In this document: piece by piece, positions 40,275 through 50,606 of the stretch | Position numbering within the stretch: position 1 is the stretch's first letter | How the letters are laid out: each line of letters opens with the position of its first letter | Assembly: GCA_963709345.1 (NCBI GenBank) | Contig: CAVPVX010000006.1 | Coordinates: forward strand, 32,001-96,000 | DNA: 64,000 nt | Source: an uncultured Actinomycetes bacterium | GTDB taxonomy: Bacteria > Actinomycetota > Thermoleophilia > UBA2241 | Direction: 5' to 3' | Made by a program: the position numbers and the translations under genes | The notes under the pieces: model-generated | The model's database searches: none | What the model was told of the DNA's origin: nothing | Seen by the model: only the letters and a program-made list of their open reading frames with translations

Positions 40275-40957
40275 ACGCCGGCGACGGCATCCCGCAGGCG
40301 GCGCTGCACTGGGAGCGGCGGTACGCCAGCGGCGGTCGCGTGTGGGGCGACGGGCCCAGCGAACTCGCTCGGCTCGCCGTCGCACGGCTGCGCCCGTATG
40401 CCGCGCCCGAGCTGAGCATCCTGGACGCCGGCTGCGGGTACGGGCGCGACGCCCGTTACCTGGCGACCGAGCTGGGGTGCCGCGTCACGGGGCTGGATCC
40501 GTCGCCGACCGCCGTGGCCGCCGCCCGCAAAGCGCGGACGGCGGAGCTCGACGTGGAGTACCTGGCCGGCGACCTCGCGTCGCTCGCGAGTGACGCGGAG
40601 CACGCCGGCCCGTACGACGTCGTCTTCGTCGGCGGCGTGTACCACCTGCTCGGGCCGATAGGGCGCCGGGAGTTCGCGGCGGCGGTCGCCGCCGCCACGC
40701 GTCACGGCGGCCTCCTCTTCCTCAGCACGCTCTCGCCCCGCGATCCCCAGCACTACGCGGTCGGCGAGCCGGTCTCGGGCGAGGAGCGCAGCTGGGTCGC
40801 GCATGTCTACCTGCACTTCTGCACGGCCGACGAGCTTGCCGCCGACTTCGCCGCCTTCGAGGTGCTCGACCTCGAGGAGCGCAGCTACGACGAGCCGTTC
40901 GCGAACGGGCAGGTCCACCGACACGCAAGCTGGTTCCTGGAGGGCCGCCGGCGCTGA
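40271..40957 (+). CDS. Class I SAM-dependent methyltransferase
   Basis: [14 protein letters not shown] start overlaps the purC stop; alternative ATG at 40250. Confidence 0.82.
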   Translation: MNAGDGIPQAALHWERRYASGGRVWGDGPSELARLAVARLRPYAAPELSILDAGCGYGRDARYLATELGCRVTGLDPSPTAVAAARKARTAELDVEYLAGDLASLASDAEHAGPYDVVFVGGVYHLLGPIGRREFAAAVAAATRHGGLLFLSTLSPRDPQHYAVGEPVSGEERSWVAHVYLHFCTADELAADFAAFEVLDLEERSYDEPFANGQVHRHASWFLEGRRR

Positions 40958-41052
40958 GGCCTTCGGCCCGCCGGCGTCACTGTGCGGGGACGATCCGGTG
41001 GATGGAACCGGTGAGGGAGACGACGTAGAGCTCACCGGTGGGTGGCCCTCGG

Positions 41053-41880
41053 CTACCGGCAGTACGTGCGGCGGAACGCGGAGGCGCTCGCGACCTCGGC
41101 TTCGCCGACGAGAGAGCGCAGTCTCAGGATTTCGTGCTCGTGGACGAGCAGAGGGACGGCGTCGACCCGGTCGACCGGGACGATCCCGCGCACGCTGCTC
41201 GTGAGCATCACTCCATCATCCGGCCTCAGGTCGGCGACTCGGGCCCACGCCTCCACGACCGGGATGCCGTCGGCGGTGGCCACTTCCTCCACCTTGGCGC
41301 GCAGGACGCCGGGCAGGATGTCTCCCTCGGCCGGCGGCGTCACGAGCCCGCCGGCGCGTATGACGAACACGTTCGAGGTAGCGCCTTCGAAGATGCGGCC
41401 CTCGCCGTCGACGAGGAGCGCGTCGTCAGCCCCAGCCGCCTTCGCCGCCTGCTGGGCCATGTACGACTGCATGACGGTCATCGCCTTGTACTGGGCGCTC
41501 ACACGCACGCCGCGGTACGAGATGACGCGGAGCGGGCGCTGCGGGAACCTGCGCCGGTCGGTCTGGACGAGCAGCGCGGGAGAGCCGTTTGGCGGACCCG
41601 CCGTCACCAGCAGCCGGCAGGCGCCGTCGGGCACGTCACTCGCCTCGCTGAGACGGCAGATCTGCTCGGCCAGCTCGGCCTTGTCGATGGGATTCTCGAA
41701 GCCCAGGGCATCGATGCCGAGCAGGAGCCGTGTGACGTGCTCCTCGAAGAAGACGGGGACGCCGCCGACGAGCTTGAGCGTCTCGTAGAGCCCAAGGCCG
41801 TGAGTGAGCGCCCGGTCGGTGGCCGGGAGAAAGGCCTCCTGCTCGGTCATCAGCACACCGTTGAGAATCAGTATGGTCAC
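41053..41880 (-). CDS. Aminotransferase class IV (PabC/IlvE-like)
   Basis: DRALTHGLGLYET, EGATSNVF and ILPGVLR. Downstream of the pabB-like gene. Confidence 0.88.
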   Translation of the reverse strand: MTILILNGVLMTEQEAFLPATDRALTHGLGLYETLKLVGGVPVFFEEHVTRLLLGIDALGFENPIDKAELAEQICRLSEASDVPDGACRLLVTAGPPNGSPALLVQTDRRRFPQRPLRVISYRGVRVSAQYKAMTVMQSYMAQQAAKAAGADDALLVDGEGRIFEGATSNVFVIRAGGLVTPPAEGDILPGVLRAKVEEVATADGIPVVEAWARVADLRPDDGVMLTSSVRGIVPVDRVDAVPLLVHEHEILRLRSLVGEAEVASASAFRRTYCR

Positions 41881-41978
41881 GGCGCAGAGTGTATCTCGCC
41901 GTTGCTCGCCGCGCCCACCGGCGGTGTCCGGGAGCCCGCCGCCGGCAGCCGGGAGCATCGCCCGGCGGCGTGAGTGCG

Positions 41979-43490
41979 TCAGCCGGCGCGCTCGGCGATG
42001 CTCGCGCTCACGGCGCGCAGCATGCCGGCCGCCTTGTGCAGCGTCTCGCGGTACTCGCGCACCGGCACCGAGTCGGCGACGATACCGCCGCCGGCCTGCA
42101 AGAAGAGGCGGTCACCCTTGCGCACGAGCGTGCGAATGATGATGTTCAGATCGAGCTGCCGTTCGGCGATCCAGCCGAAGGACCCGGTGTAGGGGCCGCG
42201 GCGGACGGTCTCGAGCTCGTCGACGATCTCCATGCAGCGGACCTTGGGGCAGCCGGTGATGGTGCCGCCGGGGAACATCGCCTTGACGAGACCGACGGCG
42301 TCGTGCGAGGGGTGCAGGCGGCCGCGCACATTGCTGACGATGTGGATCACGTGCGAGTAGAACTCGTTGACCATGAGCTCGTTGACGCGCACGGTGCCGT
42401 ACTCGCACACCTTGCCGAGGTCGTTGCGCTCGAGGTCGACGAGCATGATGTGCTCGGCGCGGTCCTTGGGGTCGAGGTTGAGCTCGTCGGTGAGGTGTTC
42501 GTCTTCCGGCTGGAGGGCGCCTCGCGGCCGCGTACCGGCGATCGGCCGGGTCTCGGCCCAGCCCTCCGCGTCGAGCGAGACCAGGCGCTCGGGCGACGAG
42601 CTGATCAGCTCGTAGTCGCCGAAGTGGAGGTACCCGGCGAAGGGCGACGGGTTGACGGCGCGCAGCGTGCCGTAGAGGTGCAGGCTCGGGAGCGAGTAGC
42701 AGAGGTCGAGGCGCTGCGAGAGGTTGGCCTGGAAGATGTCGCCGGCGAAGACGTACTCCCGGGTCCGGGCGACAACGGCTTCGTACTCGGCTCTGGTGAA
42801 GTTGCTGCGGAACACGGGGAGGTCGTTGCCGTGGAGCACGGCGGCGGAGGCGTGGCGCGCGCGCTCGAGGGCTGCGCCCACGCGCGCGCCTTGTGCCGCC
42901 GCCGCGTCGCCGTCCGCGGCGATGCGGTCGACGAGCAGGGCCTCCCCGGTCGCCAGGTCGTACCGCAGCAGGCGCCCGGGGAGGAACACGTCGATATCGG
43001 GTATGCTGAGGTCGTCGCGCACCGTGTCCGGCAGCCGCTCGAGGTAGCGCACGGCGTCGTACGAGAGCAGGCCGACGAGCGCCTCGGCTTCGGGCAGGCT
43101 CGTGATCTCACCTTCATCGCCGCCCACATCGCTGCGGCTCACCTGCTCGCCGTTGCGGTCCGTGAACGGCCGTGCGGCCAGCCGCGTCGCGGCACGCAGC
43201 GCCTCGAACGGCGCCAGACGGGCGAGCCCGCCCGCCCGCGCCGCCAGCTCACGCGCCGAACGCCCGCCCGCCCGCGAGACGGAAGATCCGGGTGTGACGG
43301 CGACGACGTCGCGTCGCGCGCGTAGCCGGAAGACCGGATCCCATGCCAGGTAGTGCCGGCGGGCCAGCTGCGCCGATCCGCCCGCCGAATCCAGCAGGAC
43401 GACCGGCGCCTCGCCCTCGAGACCGAGAGCCCGCACGAGCGCGACCGGATCGAGGTCCTGTGCCTGGAAGCGGGTGACGTGAGGGTTCAT
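41979..43490 (-). CDS. pabB: Aminodeoxychorismate synthase component I / TrpE-family chorismate-binding protein
   Basis: GDIFQANLS, SSSPER, AEHIMLVDLERNDLG and FPGGTITGCPK. Confidence 0.82.
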   Translation of the reverse strand: MNPHVTRFQAQDLDPVALVRALGLEGEAPVVLLDSAGGSAQLARRHYLAWDPVFRLRARRDVVAVTPGSSVSRAGGRSARELAARAGGLARLAPFEALRAATRLAARPFTDRNGEQVSRSDVGGDEGEITSLPEAEALVGLLSYDAVRYLERLPDTVRDDLSIPDIDVFLPGRLLRYDLATGEALLVDRIAADGDAAAAQGARVGAALERARHASAAVLHGNDLPVFRSNFTRAEYEAVVARTREYVFAGDIFQANLSQRLDLCYSLPSLHLYGTLRAVNPSPFAGYLHFGDYELISSSPERLVSLDAEGWAETRPIAGTRPRGALQPEDEHLTDELNLDPKDRAEHIMLVDLERNDLGKVCEYGTVRVNELMVNEFYSHVIHIVSNVRGRLHPSHDAVGLVKAMFPGGTITGCPKVRCMEIVDELETVRRGPYTGSFGWIAERQLDLNIIIRTLVRKGDRLFLQAGGGIVADSVPVREYRETLHKAAGMLRAVSASIAERAG

Positions 43491-43576
43491 CGGCGGTGGG
43501 TCATCGGCGGGGCCTTCGCTTCGCGAGAGGGCGGCCGCGACCGGCGCTTCGTCCGGCGTGAGTCCGCGGCCTCCTG

Positions 43577-44962
43577 CTACTCCTCGTCGTCGTACCCGTA
43601 CTCCTCGGTCTGGCGAAGGGCGCGGAACTGCGTGTAGTCGCGCACGAAGCCGAGGCGCACCAAGCCGGTGGGGCCGTTGCGGTGCTTGGCGATCTTGACC
43701 TTGACGACGCCCTTGGACGCCGGGTCGCTCGGGTCCTCGTAGATGAACATCACCATGTCGGCGTCCTGCTCGATGGCGCCCGACTCGCGCAGGTCGGCGA
43801 GCTGGGGCTCCTTGTCGGCGCGCGCCTCGGGAGAGCGGTTGAGCTGCGACACGGCGATCACCGGCACCGAGAGCTCACGCGCCAGCTGTTTCATCGAGCG
43901 GGAGATGTTGGAGACCTCCTGCTGGCGGTTGTCGGAGCGGCCGTCGCCGGACATCAGCTGCAGGTAGTCGACGATGACGAGGCTGAGGGGCTGCTTGGAC
44001 TGTAGACGCCGCGCCTTGGTGCGCAGCTCGAACATGTTGAGGCCGGCGGTGTCGTCGATGAAGATGTCGGCTTTTTCGAGTACACCCGCCGCCTGCACGA
44101 GCTTGGCGTGGTCGTCGGGGGTGAGGCTGCCGGTGCGCACCTTGTGCGAGCTGACGCGCGCCGACGAGCACATGAGCCGCTCGCCGAGCTCCTCGGCGCT
44201 CATCTCAAGGCTGAAGATCGCGACCGAGGCCTTCTTGCCGTCCGGTGATGCCTTGTTGGCGTCGACGGCGACGTGCTGCGCGATGTTGAGGGCGAGGCTC
44301 GTCTTGCCGACGCCGGGGCGCGCCGCGAGCACGATGAGGTTGGCCTTCTGGAAGCCGCCGGTGAGCTTGTCGATGCCCTCGAAGCCGCTGGCGATGCCGG
44401 TGAGCCCCTGGCTGTTCTCCAGGTCGCCCAGGCGCTCGAAGTTGCGCACCAGGACCTGCTTGATGTGCTCGAACTCGCCGACGCTGCGCTGCTGCTGGAT
44501 GGCGAAGACCTTCTGCTCGCAGCGGTCGAGGAGGTCATGGGTGTCGCCGGGGTGCTGGTAGCCGAGCTCTGCGATCTCGTTGCCCACGCGGATGAGCGAG
44601 CGCAGTACGCTCTGCTCGCGCACGATGCCGGCGTAGTGGGCGGCGTTGGCCGCCGCCGGCACGAACTCGGCCAGTGTGTGCACGAACTCGCGTCCCCCGG
44701 CGCGCTCGAGCATGCCGTCGCGTTCCAGCTGGGCGCTCAGCGTGACGACGTCGACTTCCTCGCTGCGGTTGAAGAGCGTGAGTACCGCGCGGTAGATCAG
44801 GCGGTGCGTGTCGCGGTAGAAGTCGTCGGCGGTGACCACCTCAGCGACCGCCGTGATCGCGTTCGGGTTGACCAGCATGGCGCCGAGCACCGACTGCTCC
44901 GCCTCGAGATTGTGGGGCGGCAGATGCGGACTGGCTGGTGGTTCGATGCGCTCTACTGCCAT
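43577..44962 (-). CDS. dnaB: Replicative DNA helicase
   Basis: EAEQSVLG, ARPGVGKT, DYLQL and DLRESGAIEQDAD. No intein. Confidence 0.97.
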   Translation of the reverse strand: MAVERIEPPASPHLPPHNLEAEQSVLGAMLVNPNAITAVAEVVTADDFYRDTHRLIYRAVLTLFNRSEEVDVVTLSAQLERDGMLERAGGREFVHTLAEFVPAAANAAHYAGIVREQSVLRSLIRVGNEIAELGYQHPGDTHDLLDRCEQKVFAIQQQRSVGEFEHIKQVLVRNFERLGDLENSQGLTGIASGFEGIDKLTGGFQKANLIVLAARPGVGKTSLALNIAQHVAVDANKASPDGKKASVAIFSLEMSAEELGERLMCSSARVSSHKVRTGSLTPDDHAKLVQAAGVLEKADIFIDDTAGLNMFELRTKARRLQSKQPLSLVIVDYLQLMSGDGRSDNRQQEVSNISRSMKQLARELSVPVIAVSQLNRSPEARADKEPQLADLRESGAIEQDADMVMFIYEDPSDPASKGVVKVKIAKHRNGPTGLVRLGFVRDYTQFRALRQTEEYGYDDEE

Positions 44963-45464
44963 GGCTCTCCCGGGCGGTTGGCGGTGCTGGGGTCTCGGAG
45001 TCTACGCGACCCAACGGGGTGATGGTAGCGCAACGCGGGGACGGCGCGTCGCCGCCGCAGTGCAGGGGTCGAGCCCACGTGAAGCTGGATCGCTCGGCAG
45101 GCCCTGAGCCTCAAGCGCCACTGCTCAGCCGCGCCGCGGTTCTCCTTCCCTGCGTGCACGTCGAGGGCGATCCGCACCCGATGGGCGCGGTCTCTCGCCG
45201 ACTCCATATTCGTCTCCTGCGAACCTGGCGGTACGGTCTTGCGCAGAAATCGGCAGCTGCAGTCAGCCGATTCTCTCCACTGCAGAAATGCAGTTGGGCG
45301 GACAAGCCCGACAGCGAAGGCATGACGAGCTTCAGGTATCCCTCAATGCACTACGAGCTGTGGAACGCAGGGCGCACAGTGGCGTTCTTCGCTTCACCGA
45401 CCGAGTGGCCATCTCGACGTACGCTGTACCAGCGGAATCACACCGCAACTCCGGCCCAGTCAGG

Positions 45465-46227
45465 CTAAGGTCGACTCCCGCCAGGCTTCCGGAACAGATA
45501 CATGGCCCAGCCAAGGCAGTCCCGTCCCCATCGCAGGTAGGCGTCTCGATTCTTGCTCGAGATCTGCAACAGTTGCTCCACGTCTGGGTCGTCGGGATGA
45601 GCTGCCGCATAGCGTTCGGCTGCTTGCCACTGGAGCCCCTCGTACCGGTCCCAGTCGTCCTCACTGGACACCACCGTGTACAGGAACGAAAGGCCCAGGT
45701 CCACACCGGCCTGGACGTTACTCCTGTGAGTTCCGCATAGATCGGCATCTTGACCGGTCAGCCTCAGGTAGTCCGGATCCGGTTCCGTTCTCCAGAAGGG
45801 TTCGCCGACGAGCACCAGTCCCCCCGGCTGTACCATTCTGACTGAGCGCCTCCAGTGTCCCCGTGTGCCCCTTGTAGACCCACGATCCGCCAATGCACGA
45901 GGCCAGGTCCAACATCTCCTTTCGGTCGGGCTCGTACTCGCCACCGTCCATGTGGAGGAGTTCGATGCGCCCGTTCAGGCCGCGGGCCGCCACGTTCTTC
46001 CGCGCCTCCTCGATGGTGATGGGTGACAGGTCGAGGCCCGTGCCCGCCACTTCGTACTGCTCCGCTACGAGACAAAGGAACTCCGCTTTCCCACACGCCA
46101 CATCCAGGACGCGACCGCCGTCAGGAAGGCGGAGAAGCTCGATGAGCTCCTCAGTCTTGGTCAGACTCATCGGGTTCATGACCGTGTGGTCGGTGTGCGT
46201 GATGCCAAAGTACTTCCACATGTCCAT
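45465..46227 (-). pseudogene. SAM-dependent methyltransferase (YjhP-like) with frameshift near 45845; lower GC
   Basis: VLDVACGKAE and CIGGSW in one frame; PGGLVLVGEPFW...WDRYEG...LGWAMY in another. Confidence 0.75.
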
Positions 46228-46439
46228 CTCGATGGTCGCTTCCTTTCCTCGTGACCAGGCAGGCCAGCGCGGAGTCAGACTACACGATGACTGCGGAGAT
46301 TCTCGATGTATCGCTCCATCCCTACCCCTCTGCGATCAGGCTCATCGCCGTACCTGAGAACCAGAGACTGACCAGATGCCGGGGGATGCTGGAGAATGGA
46401 AACTCCAGAGTTTGGCCGCAACCCGGCCTCCAATCAGCC

Positions 46440-46537
46440 GCCCACTATGCGCATCCAGCGGACTTCGGCGCCAGCCAGGTAGACTGAAGCAGGGAAGCAT
46501 CGCTGCGCCTCGCAGCTGATGCGCAACAACGTTAGGC
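46440..46537 (+). mobile_element. Degenerate integron attC site 1
   Basis: R''-like GCCCACT; L'' GCATCCAGC pairs with L' GCTGATGC leaving one extra base; ends with canonical GTTAGGC. Confidence 0.6.
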
Positions 46538-46577
46538 GTCGCAGAACCACCGTCTCATTCGACCCGAGAGGAATGCC

Positions 46578-46988
46578 ATGAACACAGCTCCGAGTCGACC
46601 CAAAGACGATCCCTGGAAGCTCAAGACGCCGCCTGGGACCTCCGAGTACACGATGCACACGGACGAGAAGGACGGGAAGAAGATCCTGGTCTGCACCGTC
46701 GGCAGCACAGTGCTGCACTACGACCTGCGCTGCATCGACGACCTGCACGCGATGCTCAAGAAGGGAGGAGACTGGGTCGAGCTCGGTGGTGCCGACGAGC
46801 AGAAGCCGGCCAAGGAAGGAACAGTGGAGGCCTGGGGCCGCTCAGAAGCCAACCCAATCGGTGGCTGGTACGGTCTGAAGAAGGGATTGCGCGGGCGCTT
46901 TGGCGTCTACGTACCACCGCTCATGGAAGAACTTGGCCTCTGCGAGTTGGAGCACAACGCCAGGAACAATCGTATGCGCGCCAAGTGA
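46578..46988 (+). CDS. Conserved hypothetical protein (DUF6855-like) carried as a gene cassette
   Basis: GAGAGG RBS; DDPWKLKTPPGTSEY...GGWYGLKKGLRGRFG. Family name is recalled, not searched. Confidence 0.75.
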   Translation: MNTAPSRPKDDPWKLKTPPGTSEYTMHTDEKDGKKILVCTVGSTVLHYDLRCIDDLHAMLKKGGDWVELGGADEQKPAKEGTVEAWGRSEANPIGGWYGLKKGLRGRFGVYVPPLMEELGLCELEHNARNNRMRAK

Positions 46989-46998
46989 GCGAAGCGAC

Positions 46999-47127
46999 GC
47001 TTACCCCCTGGCTCAAGCGGAGCGCCAACGGCGGGCCACCAGGCCCGGTCTGGCGTTGCGCGGTACATTATCGCCGACTCGGGCTTGGCATCCTGCCGTC
47101 GTCGCCCGCTCAGCTCGAACGTTGGAC
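46999..47127 (+). mobile_element. Degenerate long (129 bp) integron attC site 2
   Basis: GCTTACC...GCTCAAGCGG...CCGCTCAGCTCGAAC-GTTGGAC imperfect palindrome. It begins 10 nt after the cassette stop and resembles proteobacterial ~130-bp attC sites. Confidence 0.75.
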
Positions 47128-47520
47128 GGGCGAGGCGACGAGGTTGTCTCTTCATTGGACCGTGAGGCGAACGAGGCCGGTCGCAGATTCGTTGCGAACA
47201 TGTCGGCTGCACTGCACTCGGCGGCCATCGTGCGACCGGAGGCTTGCGAATACGTCGCGGCTGTTGTCCGGGGACTGGATTCGAGCCGGCTGGAGCGCAA
47301 CCCACAACCAGCGTTGCCGACGCAGCCACCCGTGTCATGGGATGCAGCTGTCGCGGCAGACAGGAGCCCAGGGTCTGGCTCGCTGCTCGAGCCGCTCGTG
47401 GGACTTCGCTCCGATCTGGCGTGGTTCACCGGGGAGCGATTGTGGTCGGGGACCGGGCACCGCCACTTCGCGTCTCGGATCTGGGGGGGCGTACATCGTC
47501 GAGAAGGTTGGAGCGGGCCA

Positions 47521-48816
47521 TTGACGTTTGCCAACCACGCTAGTGAGAGCGACATCGCCGGGCAATGCGAGCATGCAGCCGGCACCTGCACGGCCTGCGG
47601 GAAATGCTTCCGGACATGCCCTGCCGTGGAGCAGCTGGACTTCGGCGAGCTGACGCCGAATGAGGTCCAGGCCGAGGTGCGCGCGTATCTGGCCGGAGGA
47701 GACCCTACGGAGGCCGTGTTCCGCCGCGCGTTCTCGTGCATGGGCTGCTACGGCTGCTGTGAGGGCACCTGTCCTCAAGGCCTCGATGTGATGCACGTCA
47801 TCGAACTCGTGAAGACGCTCCACCGGCGCCAGGGGCTGGAAGCGACCGCCTACACGCCCGGTCGCGACCCGGCGGCGCCGCAGCGGGTCCTGGCCGGCAT
47901 CCAGGTGACCCCCGAGGACTATGGCCGCGTCTTCACGGCCTCGCCGCGGGGCCCTGCCCGGACCGTCTTCTTCCCCGGCTGCAACGTCTACATCCAGCCG
48001 GCCCGTCTCCTGGAGGCCCTCGACCTGCTTGCGCTCGTCGGCGAGGACGTCGCCTTCGTTCCCGGCCTCGACCACTGCTGCGGCGACACGCCGTTCTTCA
48101 TGGGAGACCGCGACGAGGGCCTGCATGCCGCCGATGATCTCGTGGCCGCGATCATGGCCTACGAGCCCGAGACGGTCGTCTTCTGGTGCCCGACCTGCCT
48201 CTGTCGCTTCCACGCCAACGGAGCCCTCACCCACCCGCTGCCTTTCGCCGCCGTGTCGCTGGCGCAGTTCCTGACCGCGCGATCGGACCGCCTGAGCTTC
48301 GCCGAGCCCTTTTCGGCGCGCGCGACCCTCCATGAGGCCTGCAAGGCGGCCTTCACCGGTCTGGACCGCGAGGGGCCACGGGCGCTTCTTGCAGGCGTGG
48401 CCGGGCTTGAGCTCGTGGAGATGCCGCGCAGCGGCCCGGAGACCGTCTGTTGCGGGTCCGGTGCGTTCACGTGGTTCCCCTCGATCGGAGCGGAGGTCCG
48501 CGACGCGCGCCTCGAGGAGGCTCGCCGGACCGGAGCGGACATGCTGATCGACGTGTGCCACTACTGTCACCACATCTTCCTGCCCGACGCAGGGCGCTTC
48601 GACATCGTAGTGGAGAACTGGATCCACGTGCTGGCGCGCGCTGCCGGCGTCGCGCGCAACGACGACTACGCCACGTGGCGTACCCGGGGCGATCCCGAGA
48701 GCATCCTCGCCCACGCTCACGACGCGATCGCTGCATCGCCCTTCGACCACGAGACCATCGCGGCGGCCGTGAGGTCGCATTTCTCGCTGACGTCGCCGAC
48801 TCGCGCAGGGGAGTGA
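47521..48816 (+). CDS. Fe-S oxidoreductase with two [4Fe-4S] motifs and two CCG domains (HdrD/GlcF-like)
   Basis: CTACGKCFRTCP, CMGCYGCC..TCP, FFPGC, HCCG and VCCG. TTG start follows GGAG. Confidence 0.85.
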   Translation: MTFANHASESDIAGQCEHAAGTCTACGKCFRTCPAVEQLDFGELTPNEVQAEVRAYLAGGDPTEAVFRRAFSCMGCYGCCEGTCPQGLDVMHVIELVKTLHRRQGLEATAYTPGRDPAAPQRVLAGIQVTPEDYGRVFTASPRGPARTVFFPGCNVYIQPARLLEALDLLALVGEDVAFVPGLDHCCGDTPFFMGDRDEGLHAADDLVAAIMAYEPETVVFWCPTCLCRFHANGALTHPLPFAAVSLAQFLTARSDRLSFAEPFSARATLHEACKAAFTGLDREGPRALLAGVAGLELVEMPRSGPETVCCGSGAFTWFPSIGAEVRDARLEEARRTGADMLIDVCHYCHHIFLPDAGRFDIVVENWIHVLARAAGVARNDDYATWRTRGDPESILAHAHDAIAASPFDHETIAAAVRSHFSLTSPTRAGE

Positions 48817-48989
48817 TCAGCGCCGACGTCCGGCGACCACGGAAGACCGGCCCCACCCGCTTCCCGCGTCTCGGCGGAGCGCTCAGCCTGAGTTCAAGTG
48901 CGAAGTGCAGCACCTGCGCATCCGGCAGCTCGCCACAAGGTCCGTTGCGCGGCGCCGACCCGGCCCGTCTCACGTGGTGTCTTGCGACC

Positions 48990-49526
48990 TCACGTCCGGA
49001 CGAGCTCGAGAAGCTTGCGGGTCGTGTTGCAGTTTCGCACTGTCACCCGGTCGTAGAGCGGTGTTCCGACGATCCTCGTCAGCCTGCTCCTGGTGGCGTT
49101 GGCGCGGTCGACTCGCCAGATCACCGCGCCGGGCACGTAGAGGGCGTCCTCGATCCCAGGTCGCGGTCCCATCTCCTCCAGCATGCCGGCGCGATCCACA
49201 TCCGGCTGCAGGAACACCACGTCGCACTTCATCGTGTCGTCATTCGTCCACTCCGCAGGAATGGCCGCGACGATCGCGCCGAGGTCGTCCGCATCGCGGA
49301 GTTGCAGGTCGACGTCCAGACCGGTACGCGCGCGGATCGCGTCCATCAGGAGGACCGTGAGCCGCGTGCGGTCTGCGACGTCCGTGGAGAAGACGACGTT
49401 GCCGGAGTTGATGTAGGTCTTGACCGCGGTCATGCCGGCGGCTTCGAAGGCGGTCTTCAAGTCGGCCATGCTCAGCATGTTGGCCCCGCCGACGTTGACC
49501 CCTCTGAGCAGTGCGAGATATCTCAT
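48990..49526 (-). CDS. DUF1697 family protein
   Basis: YLALLRGVNVGG, TYINSGNVVF and TVRNCNT. Confidence 0.85.
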   Translation of the reverse strand: MRYLALLRGVNVGGANMLSMADLKTAFEAAGMTAVKTYINSGNVVFSTDVADRTRLTVLLMDAIRARTGLDVDLQLRDADDLGAIVAAIPAEWTNDDTMKCDVVFLQPDVDRAGMLEEMGPRPGIEDALYVPGAVIWRVDRANATRSRLTRIVGTPLYDRVTVRNCNTTRKLLELVRT

Positions 49527-49756
49527 GGATCCAGTGTACAAGCGGGCTCCCGTCGTGGCTCATGCGCTGCCCGGAATGCTCTGCTGCCCTCGTCGATCCC
49601 GGCTCGACGTCCGAAGCCGCCGGGCGTGCCGCATCGAGTCGCCAGGCTTGCCGCCCCGAGGCTCTGACCGGCATCTTCGTCGCCTCGCCGACTGCTGCGG
49701 CGGCGCCCGGTCCGGCGGGTGACCTGCTGCCTGGTGCGCACCCGGCGCGGCACGCA

Positions 49757-49801
49757 CGAAGCCCCGGGAGACGCGCTCTTCGCGCATCGCCCGGGGCTTC
49801 G
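49757..49801 (-). terminator. Hairpin after rplI
   Basis: CGAAGCCCCGGG...CCCGGGGCTTCG inverted repeat about 30 nt past the rplI stop. Confidence 0.55.
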
Positions 49802-49833
49802 GGGCTCGTGTGGTCTGTGCGCCGGCGTTGCTC

Positions 49834-50280
49834 TCAGGCCGGCGAAACGATGGTCTTGACGGTGGCGACGAAGCCCTCGGCCACCTCGACGTCGACCATG
49901 AAGGTGCCGAGTTCCTTGATCGGCTCCTCGAGCAACACCTTGCGCTTGTCGATCGTGAACCCGCGAGCTTCCTTGATGGCGTCGGCGATGTCGGCGGACG
50001 TGACGCTGCCGAAGAGGCGGTCGCCCTCGCCGGCCTTGGCGACCAGCGTGAGGACCGTCTTGTTGAGCGTGAGCGTGTACTCCTCGGCTTGGACGGCCAT
50101 GCGGGCGTCGCGCGCTTTGCGCTCTTCTTCCCGACGGCGGAACTCGACGATCTTGCCGGGCGTTGCGGGCTCAGCCAGCTTGCGCGGGATCAGGTAGTTG
50201 CGAGCGTAGCCTCGGGCTACGTTCGCAAGCTGACCCTTGTCGCCGAGGTTCTCGACGTCCTGGAGCAGAATGATCTCCAC
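49834..50280 (-). CDS. rplI: 50S ribosomal protein L9
   Basis: GYARNYLIP and LFGSVT. Confidence 0.97.
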   Translation of the reverse strand: MEIILLQDVENLGDKGQLANVARGYARNYLIPRKLAEPATPGKIVEFRRREEERKARDARMAVQAEEYTLTLNKTVLTLVAKAGEGDRLFGSVTSADIADAIKEARGFTIDKRKVLLEEPIKELGTFMVDVEVAEGFVATVKTIVSPA

Positions 50281-50290
50281 GGCGGCCTCC

Positions 50291-50559
50291 TCAGCGGCTC
50301 GCGTAAGGCACGAGCGCCAACTCGCGCGACTGCATGATGGCGGCCGCGAGCTGGTTCTGGTGCCGGCGGCAGGTACCGGTGATGCGGCGCGAGCGGATCT
50401 TGCCCTTGTCGGACATCATGCGGCGCAGGACCGTGAAGTTCTTGTAGTCGACCTCTTCGATCTTTTCCTTGCAGAAGTAGCAGTAGCGGCGGCGCGCCTG
50501 GCCGAATCCGCCGGCCGTACCTTTTTCTCGCGCCGCGGCTTTGGTTTGGAGCTCGGCAT
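50291..50559 (-). CDS. rpsR: 30S ribosomal protein S18 (zinc-binding type), apparent 1-nt deletion in an A-run at 50522-50526
   Basis: AAGGAG RBS + ATG gives MPSSKPKPRREK. The CYFC...DYKN...RRITGTC core lies in another frame; adding one A gives REKKGTAGGFGQARRRYC. Confidence 0.9.
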
Positions 50560-50606
50560 GCGTGTTCTCTCTCCTTACAGCGCCCGGAGGCGCATCCTCT
50601 TCGTGC

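Noticed and set aside
45228-45299. Possible third attC on the minus strand (GCCCAAC...GCGCAAGACCGTACCGC)
   Set aside because: No GTTRRRY core and unconvincing L-box pairing. It needs a covariance-model test.
46900-48816. 638-aa ORF as a single gene
   Set aside because: Its 5' part crosses the cassette gene end and the attC2 palindrome. Fe-S motifs start only after 47521.
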